NCBI GenBank assembly: GCA_963668695.2
Contig: CAXXLQ010000004.1
Coordinates: 2,560,001-2,624,000 of the forward strand
Direction of reading: 5' to 3'
DNA length: 64,000 nucleotides
Origin: Vicinamibacteria bacterium
Lineage (GTDB): Bacteria; Acidobacteriota; Vicinamibacteria; Marinacidobacterales; Marinacidobacteraceae
In this document: piece after piece, positions 51,233 to 62,959 of the stretch
Position numbering within the stretch: the stretch's first letter is position 1
How the letters are laid out: each line of letters opens with the position of its first letter
Notes under the pieces: generated by a model
The model's database searches: none
What the model saw: only the letters and a program-made list of their open reading frames with translations
What the model was told of the DNA's origin: nothing
Translations under genes and position numbers: made by a program

Positions 51233-51777
51233 CAGCGCGCCGGAGGGTCGAACAGCGCCCGCACTCTTGCCGCCATCGGTCCGCCGTCCGTACCCAGGCT
51301 TCTCGCGGCCTCCGGGTCGATGGCGTGGACCTCCATCCCGTCGTCGTCGCAATCGATGGTCACGGTGCCGGGAGTCAGGGTGATGGAGTGGGCGAGGGTA
51401 AGGCGGGCGATGGGATGGGGCAGGTCATCCACAATCCGTACCACCCGGGGAGCGATGGGGAGCCGGGGATGCAGCACCAGTTTCGCAACCTCGATCGCCG
51501 ACCGGAAGATCTGCACCACCAGCCACATCCAATAGCCGAGGAAAAGGCGCCACCGGAGCGGAGCCCGCCCGAATTCGTCCGGTGGCATCGGCTGGGGAGG
51601 CACCCGGTAGAGCCTGGCGGTCGCGAGCGCGACCGCGACGGCGGTGATCAGCCCGAGCGAGAGATGGAAGGTGTCCAGTTTTCCCGAAAGCGCAACCCAG
51701 AAGCCGAACAGCAGGACGACCGCTACGACCACCGGTCGGGTCCCCACCGGGAGGACTGGGCGCCGCCGATCCGACAT
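51232..51777 (-). CDS. mrpE: Mrp antiporter subunit E
   Basis: FWVALSG, LAHSITLTPGTVTID and VHAI motifs; start uncertain. Confidence 0.9.
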   Translation of the reverse strand: MSDRRRPVLPVGTRPVVVAVVLLFGFWVALSGKLDTFHLSLGLITAVAVALATARLYRVPPQPMPPDEFGRAPLRWRLFLGYWMWLVVQIFRSAIEVAKLVLHPRLPIAPRVVRIVDDLPHPIARLTLAHSITLTPGTVTIDCDDDGMEVHAIDPEAARSLGTDGGPMAARVRALFDPPAR

Positions 51778-51779
51778 TC

Positions 51780-51875
51780 AGGGAGAACGCCGGTCTTCAG
51801 GCCCACACCGGGAGAACTGGCGGCATCGCCCGCCGGAGGCGGGCGAAACGCGCAAAGTTGGCGCTCTCACGGTGC
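51780..51875. repeat. Family-C REP-like repeat with 18-mer
   Basis: GAACGCCGGTCTTCAGGCCCACACCGGGAGAACTGGCGGCATCGCCCGCC. Confidence 0.65.
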
Positions 51876-51919
51876 CTTCTTTGCCCCGCTGAACGCTCTC
51901 CAGTTTTGAGGAATACGGG

Positions 51920-52621
51920 TTACTTGTAGTAGTTGACCCCGATCATGGCCTGCTGTGTGCGGAAGGAAAAATCCTTCGAGGACCAGATGCGGTATTCCGC
52001 GCGCGCCGACAGGTAGGAGAACACATACACCTCGAAGCCGACTGCGACGTGGGCGGTCGGGGCGTACCCGGTGTGCTCCAAAGTGATCTCGTTGCCGACC
52101 GGGATCCGGATCCCGACGGATCCCGGCTGGTTTTCTCCGCCGGGGTCGGTGGTTTCGTAGATGAGGTCCTCTCGGAGTTCGTCGCGTCTCACGATTCCGC
52201 CTCCGGCGACGACGTACATCTGGAACGGCTGGCGCCGGCCGAGGTGGTACACGATGGATCCGTCGAGATGGTACCGATTCGTCCGGAACTGGTACACCGG
52301 TTCGGCAATCACGTCTTCGACCGGCTCGTCAGCGGCCGTGTAGCGCCGGTTGGAACGCCCGAAGAAGAAACCGGTGGCGAAGCTGATGTGATCGGTGGCT
52401 CGAAAGGCGGCTGCCCCCCCCAGTCCCGCGCCCCTCCCCGGACTCAACTCCGGACGCGCGAAGAACTGCAGCCCGGCGCCAGCGAAGAGTCGGAACTTGT
52501 GATCCTGACCTGCGGCCGGTGTTGCGGCAAGCAAGCCGACAGCCAAGGCGGCGGGTACGAAGGCAGCGAAGAGGCGGCCGCGCCTCGCAACCGGCGGGGG
52601 AGTGTCTTCCGGCGCGGTCAA
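51920..52621 (-). CDS. Outer-membrane beta-barrel protein (OmpA-like TM family)
   Basis: Signal peptide, alternating beta strands, PFQMYVVAGGG, RAEYR and aromatic C-terminus. Confidence 0.7.
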   Translation of the reverse strand: MTAPEDTPPPVARRGRLFAAFVPAALAVGLLAATPAAGQDHKFRLFAGAGLQFFARPELSPGRGAGLGGAAAFRATDHISFATGFFFGRSNRRYTAADEPVEDVIAEPVYQFRTNRYHLDGSIVYHLGRRQPFQMYVVAGGGIVRRDELREDLIYETTDPGGENQPGSVGIRIPVGNEITLEHTGYAPTAHVAVGFEVYVFSYLSARAEYRIWSSKDFSFRTQQAMIGVNYYK

Positions 52622-52715
52622 TGCGCGCGGAATGCTACTTCACATCGAGCGGTCCGGGAACGGGGGCACTTTGTTGGTCGAGCGTTCCCCGGACGGGGCC
52701 ACGGCGCCTTCGAGT

Positions 52716-53063
52716 TGGTACCGTGGTCTTGATTGCGTTCGGGCCCCGTCCGGGAACCGCCCGGCGCTGCGCGCCGGCAATCGAAACTTCCTTGCCCGCC
52801 TCTCGGCGGGCTTCGGCAAGTTCCGATTGGACGTTACTGATTGTGAAAGGGGGGCGAGCCCCCCTTTCACGCTTTCCCCCCGGACACGTGGGCAGCGAAC
52901 CGGAGGTTCGCTGCCATGAGTTGTTGCTCGCTCGGTGAGACGCCGATCGTGGCTTTCCGCCGAGGGAGAAAAAGTGCGGTGCAAAGGGAGCGCTGGCCAG
53001 TTCTCGCGGTTGCGGGCCTCCAGACCGGCATCGCCTCCCGGATGCGGGCGAAACCGCGTACCA
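52716..53063. other. Highly structured intergenic element (MITE-like or ncRNA)
   Basis: Ends TGGTACCGTGGT / ACCGCGTACCA; hairpins GTGAAAGGGGGGC-GA-GCCCCCCTTTCAC and GGCAGCGAACC-GGA-GGTTCGCTGCC. Confidence 0.4.
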
Positions 53064-53114
53064 CTGTTGTCCCTGACGGCACGCAGATGCACTCCCCTCG
53101 GCTACGCTGTTGCA

Positions 53115-54884
53115 ATGCCGGGCGAGGGCGGAAACACCCCAGGGGCGACGCTCGGGCGACGTACTCCGGAGACAGGCGAACTGCGGACGCCCGGCTCGGT
53201 TGACGAACGGCAGCTGGCGCGCCGCGCCGGCTCCGTGAGCCTCGGGGTTGTTTTCTCCCGCCTTACCGGCCTGGTCCGGGAGGGAACCCTCGCCTTCCTG
53301 TTCTCGACCCCGCTGCTCGACGCCTTCTACGCGGCGTACACCTTCCCGAACACCCTTCGGGAGATGCTCGCCGAGGGGGCTCTCTCGAAAGCGTTCGTTG
53401 CGACGTTCGCCGGCGTGGACCAGGGGGAAGGAAGAGAGGCCGCTCATCGGCTCTTCGGGCGGGTCTTCCGGGTCCTGCTGCCGGTCAGCCTCCTGGTCAC
53501 CGTTGTTGGTGTGGTGTTCGCTCCCCAACTGGTGGATTTCGTGTTCTCGCGGGGAGCGTTCGACGAACCGCTTCCCAAGTCCCTGCAGTTCGGTCTCGAA
53601 ACACCGAGGGAGTTGGCCGTCTGGCTCACCCGCGTGATGTTTCCTTTCATCGCCTGCGCGTCGATCGCCTCACTCTTCATGGGGGGGCTGCAGGCGCGGA
53701 ACTCGTTTTTCCTCCCGGCGGTGGCGTCCTCGTTCTTCAACGTCACCACCATCGTCTTCACAGCGCTGGGATTCCTTTCGGCTCCCCGGTTGGGACTTCA
53801 CCCGATGGCGGGGCTCGCGATTGGCGTGCCGGTCGGAGGACTCGTCCAACTGCTGGTGCAGTGGCGGTGGTTTCGCCGAGATGGCTATCGCGCGGTGGCC
53901 ACGGGGGGAATGCGAGCCACGGTCTCCGATCCGGCCTTTCGCCGGGTGTGCCGTCTCTTTGCGCCCGCAGCGGGCGCTGCCGGGACGCTGCAGATCAACG
54001 TCATCATTTCGAGGCACTTCGCTTCCGCCGGAACCTCCTGGCTCGCCTGGTTCATGATGGCATACCGCCTCGTACAGCTTCCCTCCGGGCTCATCGGAGT
54101 CGCCTTGTCGAGCGCCACCCTGCCGGCGCTTACCCGCGCCGCCGGCCGCGGTGACCCGGACGCTTTCGGTCGGGTACTCGGGCAATCCGGCCGCCTCATG
54201 CTGGTGTTGACGCTCGTTGCCGCCGCCGGCCTCGTCGGGATCGCAACGCCGTTCGTTGCGGTCATCTACCAGCGCGGAGCCTTCAGCGCCGGGGACGCCC
54301 AGCAGGTCGCCCGGGTGCTTTCGATCTTTGCGCTGGGCCTCCCCGCTTTTGGGGCGACCAAACTGCTGTCCGACGCGTTCTTCGCGCTTGGAAGCACGCG
54401 GCCGCCGTTCCTGGTCGCCGGTGTCGGCACCGTGGTCACCTGGATCGCGACCCGGAGTTTCGTGGTTGCCGCGGGTTTCGGTCATCTGGGCCTGCCGCTC
54501 GCGACCGTTTCGGTGGCCTGGTTCTCGGCGGGATTGCTGGCGGTTCTCCTGACTCCCAGGCTCGGCGCGGATCCATCCGGCCGGTCCCGGGCAAGAGCGG
54601 TGTTTTCGGAAGTGGCGGGAGCCGGCCTTCGCGCCCTGCCGGTCGCGGCCGCCACCGGCGGCACGGCATGGCTGCTTGCGCGGTTTGTCGGCGAACGCTT
54701 CGGAAGCGGCGGTTGGGGCGATGCCGCCACGACGCTGCTCGCCACCGCTGCCGGAGGCCTCGTCTTCTGGTTCTCCGTGCGGTTCTTCGCGCCGCGGGAA
54801 TGGGATCCGATCCGCGACGCGCTCCGGGCGCTCGGCGAGCGGTTCGGTTTCGGCGGCGGAGGGCGTGGGGGAGGCCATCCGTGA
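53115..54884 (+). CDS. murJ: Lipid II flippase
   Basis: SRLTGLVRE, DAFYAAYTFPNTLR..LAEGALS.AFV and AYRLVQLP motifs. Confidence 0.93.
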   Translation: MPGEGGNTPGATLGRRTPETGELRTPGSVDERQLARRAGSVSLGVVFSRLTGLVREGTLAFLFSTPLLDAFYAAYTFPNTLREMLAEGALSKAFVATFAGVDQGEGREAAHRLFGRVFRVLLPVSLLVTVVGVVFAPQLVDFVFSRGAFDEPLPKSLQFGLETPRELAVWLTRVMFPFIACASIASLFMGGLQARNSFFLPAVASSFFNVTTIVFTALGFLSAPRLGLHPMAGLAIGVPVGGLVQLLVQWRWFRRDGYRAVATGGMRATVSDPAFRRVCRLFAPAAGAAGTLQINVIISRHFASAGTSWLAWFMMAYRLVQLPSGLIGVALSSATLPALTRAAGRGDPDAFGRVLGQSGRLMLVLTLVAAAGLVGIATPFVAVIYQRGAFSAGDAQQVARVLSIFALGLPAFGATKLLSDAFFALGSTRPPFLVAGVGTVVTWIATRSFVVAAGFGHLGLPLATVSVAWFSAGLLAVLLTPRLGADPSGRSRARAVFSEVAGAGLRALPVAAATGGTAWLLARFVGERFGSGGWGDAATTLLATAAGGLVFWFSVRFFAPREWDPIRDALRALGERFGFGGGGRGGGHP

Positions 54885-55879
54885 GTTCCGGGGCGGGGAA
54901 ACTGCGTCCGGCGCCAACGGGCGCGGAAGATCGATCCGCACGGAATCGGGCTTCGCCGGCGGCGGGGGATCCGCGGGCGGAGGAGTTTCTGAACCACCTC
55001 CGGGTGGAGCGCCGGCTTTCGGAAAACACGCTCGACGCTTACCGCCGCGATCTCGGGAAGCTGAACGAGTTCGGCGCCGGCCGTGCGCTTGCCGAATTCG
55101 ACACCAGGGATCTGCAGCGCTTTCTCACCCATCTGCACCGCCGCGGCCTCTCCTTCCGGTCAATACAGCGGGTCACCTCCGCGATCCGTGGCGCGTACGC
55201 GTTCCTGATGGCCGGTGGGGCCATCGAGAAGGATCCCACCGAGGGAATTACCGTGGCGCGGGCCCTGCCGGGGCTCCCCCGCTATCTGTCACCCGACGAA
55301 GTGGAGCGACTGCTCGCTGCGCCCGATGACTCCCCGCTGGGTCTGCGCGACCGGGCAATGCTCGAGATGCTCTACGCGACCGGTCTTCGGGTGTCGGAAC
55401 TCGTAGGCCTACGGGTAATCGATGCGGTTTCCGCGCGCGGCGAGGGGCCGGGCTACGTCACCGTGATCGGCAAAGGGGACAAGGAGCGCATCGTTCCCTA
55501 CGGAGATGTCGCCGCCGCGAGCCTGGAATCGTGGATACGGGAGGGGCGGCCCCGCGTGCTGGGGAAGCGGGGTCGGGAGACCGGGTCGCCCTGGCTCTTC
55601 GTGACGGCTCGCGGCGGGGCGATGACCCGTCAGCGGTTCTGGCAGATCGTCAGGACTCGCGGCGAACAGGCGGGGATCCCGCGCCGCTTCTCACCTCACG
55701 TGCTGCGCCACTCGTTTGCGACGCATCTGCTCGAGCGCGGGGCCGACCTGCGGAGCCTGCAACAGATGCTTGGCCACGCCTCGATCACCACCACCCAGAT
55801 CTACACCCACGTCACCGAGGAGCGCCTGCGGCGGGTGTACGACGAGCACCATCCGCGCGCCCGGCGCGGCGATTCCTAG
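54881..55879 (+). CDS. xerD: Tyrosine recombinase XerD
   Basis: ERRLSENTLDAYRRDL, RDRAMLEMLYATGLRVSEL, GKGDKERIVP, MTRQRFW, SPHVLRHSFATHLL and TTQIYTHV motifs. Confidence 0.93.
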   Translation: MSSGAGKLRPAPTGAEDRSARNRASPAAGDPRAEEFLNHLRVERRLSENTLDAYRRDLGKLNEFGAGRALAEFDTRDLQRFLTHLHRRGLSFRSIQRVTSAIRGAYAFLMAGGAIEKDPTEGITVARALPGLPRYLSPDEVERLLAAPDDSPLGLRDRAMLEMLYATGLRVSELVGLRVIDAVSARGEGPGYVTVIGKGDKERIVPYGDVAAASLESWIREGRPRVLGKRGRETGSPWLFVTARGGAMTRQRFWQIVRTRGEQAGIPRRFSPHVLRHSFATHLLERGADLRSLQQMLGHASITTTQIYTHVTEERLRRVYDEHHPRARRGDS

Positions 55880-56151
55880 TGGCCTGTCGATAAAGTGGCG
55901 GGAGCGCAGAGAGCGGCGAGGCCCAGTTCTCCCGGTGGGGCCAGTTCTCCCGGTGGGGGCCCGGCTGACAAGGCGCGCGAGGGAGGAGCCCCCACCGGGA
56001 GAACTGGCCCTGGTGTATTTCGACCGAAGCGTAACGATGAGCGAGGCGAAGCCCCAGTTCTCCCGGTGGGGGCGCGGTTCAGCCGGGATGCATCGCCGGT
56101 CGAGCCCCCACCGGGAGAACTGGGCCGCGTGACTTTGTCGACAGGCTGCTA
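55878..56151. mobile_element. Family-A MITE-like element at the xerD stop codon
   Basis: CTAG-TGGCCTGTCGATAAAGT...ACTTTGTCGACAGGCTG-CTAA; five 18-mers. Confidence 0.8.
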
Positions 56152-56164
56152 AGGGCCCTTTCCG

Positions 56165-56770
56165 ATGCCCTTCGACGCTGGCGGAAAGAGGCAGTTCCCG
56201 GTGGGGCGTTTGTCGGAAGTGCAGGCGAAGGCGGTCGACCGGATGGCCGCGGATCTGCGCTCCGGCGCCGTGGTGGCCTTCCCCACCGAAACCTTCTATG
56301 CACTGGGCGCCGATCCACGCTCCGCTGAAGCGGTGTCCGAGGTATTCCGCCTCAAGGGTCGCCCGGGGGACCGCCGGCTGCCCTGGATCGCCGCGAGCCG
56401 GGCGCAGGTAGAAGGCGTCTGCCATCTGCCCGAAACGGCGGCCGCCTTCGCGGATCGCTACTGGCCTGGTCCCGTCACCCTGGTACTGCCGCTCCGTAGC
56501 CCTGGTGGGGAAGGGGTGGCGGTCCGGGTGAGTTCGCATCCGCTGGCGCGGGCGCTGGCTGAAGCCCTCGGCCATCCGGTGGTTTCGACGAGCGCCAATC
56601 CGAGCGGCCGGCCGCCGGCGGCTACCGCCTCCGAGGTCCGAGAGGCGTTCTCGGGCCAGAACGCGCAGAACCTCCGGATCCTGGATGGAGGACGGACCCC
56701 GGGCGGGGAACCCTCCGTCATCGTCGATCTGACGGGTGCGTCGCCCAGGATCCTGAGAGGAAGGCTCTAA
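56165..56770 (+). CDS. tsaC: L-threonylcarbamoyladenylate synthase (YrdC/TsaC)
   Basis: VAFPTETFYALG, LKGR, WPGPVTLVL and STSANPSG motifs. Confidence 0.92.
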   Translation: MPFDAGGKRQFPVGRLSEVQAKAVDRMAADLRSGAVVAFPTETFYALGADPRSAEAVSEVFRLKGRPGDRRLPWIAASRAQVEGVCHLPETAAAFADRYWPGPVTLVLPLRSPGGEGVAVRVSSHPLARALAEALGHPVVSTSANPSGRPPAATASEVREAFSGQNAQNLRILDGGRTPGGEPSVIVDLTGASPRILRGRL

Positions 56771-57025
56771 CAGCCTGTGGTGGAACCCGGGTGAGCGCCG
56801 AGAGCGGCCAGTTCTCCCGGTGGGGGCGAGGCCCAGTTCTCCCGGTGGGGGTCCGGCTGACAAGGCGCGTGAGGGAGGAGCCCCCACCGGGAGAACTGGC
56901 CCGAGTGTATTTCGACCGAAACGCAACGACGAGCGGCGCACAGCGGCGCGGTTCAGGCTGGATGGATCGCCGCTCGAGCCCCCACCGGGAGAACTGGGCC
57001 GCGTGGGTTTCACCACCGGCTGTTA
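56770..57025. mobile_element. Family-A MITE-like element at the tsaC stop codon
   Basis: CTA-ACAGCCTGTGGTGGAACCC...GGGTTTCACCACCGGCTGT-TAA. Confidence 0.8.
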
Positions 57026-57044
57026 ACCCCGGCGCCAGGGCGAA

Positions 57045-57959
57045 TCATTCTCCTGAGGAGCCCTCGCTGGCTCCGAAGCGCCGGACGAAGTCCTTCTGCT
57101 CCGGCGTCAGATCCTTGGGGACCGCGATCCGGACGCGAACCACCAGATCGCCGTGTCCGCCGCCGGGGCGAGGCATTCCCCGGCCGGGAACCCGCAGTGC
57201 GCCGCCGCCGGACACTCCGGCCGGAATACGGATCCGTACCGGTTCGCCGAGCGTGGGGACCTCGATTTCTCCACCGAGCGCGGCCTCGGCAAAACGGACC
57301 GGGATCTCGACTTCGAGGTTGTCGCCTGCGCGCCGGAACCGTGGGTGATCCGCTACGCGAACCACCAGCATCGAGTCCCCGTCGGGAGTCCGGACTCTCA
57401 GCCGCGCGCCGTCCCGGACTCCGGGCGGGATGCGGACCCGGTATGACCCGTTCCTGCCGGTGCGGAGCTGCCGGAGCGCGCCGCGGTAGGCCTCCTCGAG
57501 GCTGATCTCGACGACCCCCGGCTGCCCGGCCGGATCGGCCGCCGGCCCCGGCGGCCGATACCGGGAAGAAGGCGGCCAACCCGGAGGCCGGCGCGCTCTG
57601 CCGTCGAGCGTGCCAAATGGGGAATCCGGGCCGAAGATATGGAGAAAAAAGCTCGAGAAGTCGCCAAATCCGCCCGGACCGGGCCGCGGTCCGCCCGCGG
57701 GTCCCGCGGTCCGGGCTCGGGCGTTTCGCCCCTGCTGGGCCCAATCAGGCCCCAACTGGTCGTACCGGCGCCGCCGGTCCGGATCGGAGAGCACCGCATA
57801 GGCCTCACCGATTTCCTTGAAGCGCTCGGAGGCCTCGCGGTCACCGGGATTCAGGTCGGGATGGTGTTTTCGTGCGAGTCGTCGGTAGGCCTGTTTGATC
57901 TGGGACTCGTCGGCCTGTTTCCCAACTCTCAAGACGGCGTAGTAGTCGCGGTACTTCAA
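57045..57959 (-). CDS. DnaJ/CbpA-like class II J-domain chaperone
   Basis: DYYAVL...AYRRLARKHHPD; C-terminal domain present; no zinc finger. Confidence 0.92.
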   Translation of the reverse strand: MKYRDYYAVLRVGKQADESQIKQAYRRLARKHHPDLNPGDREASERFKEIGEAYAVLSDPDRRRRYDQLGPDWAQQGRNARARTAGPAGGPRPGPGGFGDFSSFFLHIFGPDSPFGTLDGRARRPPGWPPSSRYRPPGPAADPAGQPGVVEISLEEAYRGALRQLRTGRNGSYRVRIPPGVRDGARLRVRTPDGDSMLVVRVADHPRFRRAGDNLEVEIPVRFAEAALGGEIEVPTLGEPVRIRIPAGVSGGGALRVPGRGMPRPGGGHGDLVVRVRIAVPKDLTPEQKDFVRRFGASEGSSGE

Positions 57960-58003
57960 CGGAGATGGGTCCGGCGAACGGGCGTTGGCGCCGGGAGGAG
58001 CCG

Positions 58004-60490
<2,487 letters not shown>

Positions 60491-60612
60491 CGGAGCTTGC
60501 CTCCCTCGAATGCGTTCGGTATCCGGCCGTAGCCGAAACCCGGAGAGTACGGTCCGGTGTCCACCGGAACGTTCCATGATCCTAACACGGAGCACCCATT
60601 GTTGCGTGATCC

Positions 60613-60643
60613 GTTATCAAGATCAAACCAAGTCATTGATAAC
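60613..60643. promoter_or_regulatory. Inverted repeat upstream of lon-dnaJ, candidate operator
   Basis: GTTATCAA-N15-TTGATAAC inside a markedly AT-rich intergenic region. Confidence 0.45.
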
Positions 60644-60704
60644 ACAGCGACTAATTCAGGCGGCACTACCGTTGAAATATGAGTAGAGTGACATCAGATT
60701 GTAA

Positions 60705-61163
60705 TTAGCCGAACGTTACTTCGTCCGGAAGCTCGTTCACATCGTCGGGCTGGATCGGAAAGTGCCGCGCCAGAAAGCCTCCGATGCGACGGACTCCGTG
60801 TTCGAGGCCGTCTCCGATGCCGTTTTCGCGGATGTGGCTCGTGATTTCAACTGCGATCTCGTTCCACGACTCTTCGCCGACTTCCTCGTTGATCGCCTGG
60901 TCGGCCACGATTTCGAATCGGCCGGATCGAACCGCCAGGAACAGCAGGACGCCGGAACCGTCCTTCGTGCGGTCCACCCCCAGCCGGAAGAACTCGCGGA
61001 TGGCGCGCCGGCGGGCGTTCTCGAGCGGCAGCAGCCGCGGGACGACGTGAACCCGCAACTCGCCCGACGTCTCGCGCTCGGCCGCTGCAATGGCGCTGGC
61101 GATGCGGTCGAGGTCTTCCTCGGACAAGTGGGCGCGGAGACGTTTGGGAACGCGCATGGTCAC
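60705..61163 (-). CDS. TPM domain protein
   Basis: AIAAAERETSGELRVH, GVLLFLA and NELPD motifs. Confidence 0.9.
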   Translation of the reverse strand: MTMRVPKRLRAHLSEEDLDRIASAIAAAERETSGELRVHVVPRLLPLENARRRAIREFFRLGVDRTKDGSGVLLFLAVRSGRFEIVADQAINEEVGEESWNEIAVEITSHIRENGIGDGLEHGVRRIGGFLARHFPIQPDDVNELPDEVTFG

Positions 61164-62095
61164 CAGCTGCCGCTGGCTCCGCCTCCGCCGAAACCGCCGC
61201 CTCCACCTGAGAAGCCACCGAAACCACCCCCGAAACCGCCCCCGAATCCACCCCGGAATCCATGAGAAGCCCCCATGACGCCCCGGCGTCCCGGCATTCC
61301 CCCGTAGCCCCAGGCGCCGCCTCGGCCTGCGGTCGCGCGCGTGAAGGCCGTGGCTCCGAAGCCGGAAAGCAGACCGAGCGGCACCAGCCAGAACAGGGAA
61401 CCCACGCCGATCAGCAAGAACCCGAGCAGCGCCGCGATCCCGCCCCCGGCGGCGGCTGCCCCGGCCGGATGGAAGGCGTTCCCGATGTAGCCGAGGAGCT
61501 GCATCCCGAGCAGAATCCCCACGAGGACCAGCGTCGAGATCCCGCGTCGGGAGGTACGCCGGGCACCGGGATTCGCTCCGCTGCTGGCTCCTTGGTATTC
61601 GCCGGCGGCGGCCTGGGCCAGTGCCGCAGCGGTGGCGCTGAAACCGCCCGCGAAATCGCCCGCGGCGAATCGGGGGACGAGTTCGTCACGAATGATGCGC
61701 CCGGCCAGGCCGTCGGGAATCACCGACTCCAGACCGTAGCCGACCTCAATGCGCGCCCGCCGGTCCTCCCGGGAGACGACCACCAGGGCGCCGTTGTCGG
61801 TTTCGGACTGCCCGATGCCCCAGGCCTCGGCGAGGCGGAGGCTGAAGTCTTCTATTGCTCCGTCGATCCGCGGAACGGTGACCAGGACGAGTTGGACCGA
61901 GGTTTCGGCTTCCAGGCGGGCGAGAAGCTCTTCGAGCCGCGTCTCCTCCGCAGGGGAGAGGAACTCCGCCTCGTCTACGACCCGGCCCGCCTGCGCGGGG
62001 AGCGGCGTTTCCTGGGCGGCCACCCCCGCCGGGACTACGAGGCAGAACCCGGCGATGACCGGGAGGACCAGGAGGCGGTGGAAGAACCAAGGCAT
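61160..62095 (-). CDS. TPM domain (YgcG-like) protein with Gly-rich tail
   Basis: RVVDEAEFLS, RIEVGYGLE and GGGGFGGGGASGSW motifs; start overlaps a repeat. Confidence 0.9.
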   Translation of the reverse strand: MPWFFHRLLVLPVIAGFCLVVPAGVAAQETPLPAQAGRVVDEAEFLSPAEETRLEELLARLEAETSVQLVLVTVPRIDGAIEDFSLRLAEAWGIGQSETDNGALVVVSREDRRARIEVGYGLESVIPDGLAGRIIRDELVPRFAAGDFAGGFSATAAALAQAAAGEYQGASSGANPGARRTSRRGISTLVLVGILLGMQLLGYIGNAFHPAGAAAAGGGIAALLGFLLIGVGSLFWLVPLGLLSGFGATAFTRATAGRGGAWGYGGMPGRRGVMGASHGFRGGFGGGFGGGFGGFSGGGGGFGGGGASGSW

Positions 62096-62218
62096 TCGGA
62101 GTGGGTGGCGAGAGTCGGACCAACCCGTGGGAAGACCATCCCGCGAGCGAACGGATTCCGAAGCTGGGGGTGTTTCGCGCGGGCGTGCCAGTCGGGGTGC
62201 TTTTTCCACGGGCGGTTA
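62073..62218. mobile_element. Family-B MITE-like remnant
   Basis: GGCGGTGGAAGAA...GGGGTGCTTTTTCCACGGGCGGTTA, overlapping the lemA stop. Confidence 0.55.
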
Positions 62219-62833
62219 CCGGCTGAAGTCCACCTCGGGTGCGGTTTCGGCTCCCTCTTCGGCCTCGAAGTAGGCGGCGTCGGCGAAACCGGACCAACTC
62301 GCGATCATTCGGGTGAAGAAACCGCGCCGCCGCGTGTTGTATCCCTGGGCGGCTTCGTTGAAACGCCGCCGTTCGACGGCGATCCGGTTCTCGGTCCCCG
62401 CCAATTCATCCTGCAGGCTCAGGAAGTTCTGGTTGGCCTTGATGTCCGGATAGCGCTCGACGACGACCATGAGGCGGGAGAGCGCACCCGAGAGCGCCCC
62501 CTGCGCCGCCTCGAAGCGGGCGAGGGCCTGGGGGTTTTGGAGGTCGTTTGCCGAAACCTGGATGCTGGTGGCTCGGGACCTGGCCGCAATGACGGCTTCG
62601 AGGGTTTCTCGCTCGAAATCGGCCGCCCCCTGGACCGTGGCCACCAGGTTCGGCACGAGGTCGGCGCGCCGCTGGTACACGTTTTCCACCTGCGACCACC
62701 CGGCTTTCACCGCCTCGTCGAGTGTGACCAGACCGTTGTATGTCGAGCGAAATGCAAAGAAGAGGACGACGGCTCCGAGCAAGAGTGCGGCGAGCACGCC
62801 GCCGCAGCCGAGGAGAACGAGTTTTTTCTTCAT
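62216..62833 (-). CDS. lemA: LemA family protein
   Basis: WSQVENVYQRRADLVPNLV, ERYPDIKANQNF and LAGTENRIAVERRRFN motifs. Confidence 0.95.
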   Translation of the reverse strand: MKKKLVLLGCGGVLAALLLGAVVLFFAFRSTYNGLVTLDEAVKAGWSQVENVYQRRADLVPNLVATVQGAADFERETLEAVIAARSRATSIQVSANDLQNPQALARFEAAQGALSGALSRLMVVVERYPDIKANQNFLSLQDELAGTENRIAVERRRFNEAAQGYNTRRRGFFTRMIASWSGFADAAYFEAEEGAETAPEVDFSR

Positions 62834-62959
62834 TGAGCGGTTGGATCGGAGTTGAAAAAGGCGTCTGAAAAACAGTCGCCCACGCCCGGAAGCATAGGAG
62901 AGGGGAAGTGGATGTGCGTGGGTCCGGCCGGGGCCGGCCGGGGGCGGTGGCCCGATCTG

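Noticed and set aside
54881-55879. Integrase of a mobile element
   Set aside because: It has canonical XerD motifs, is coupled to murJ, and shows no att sites or cargo.
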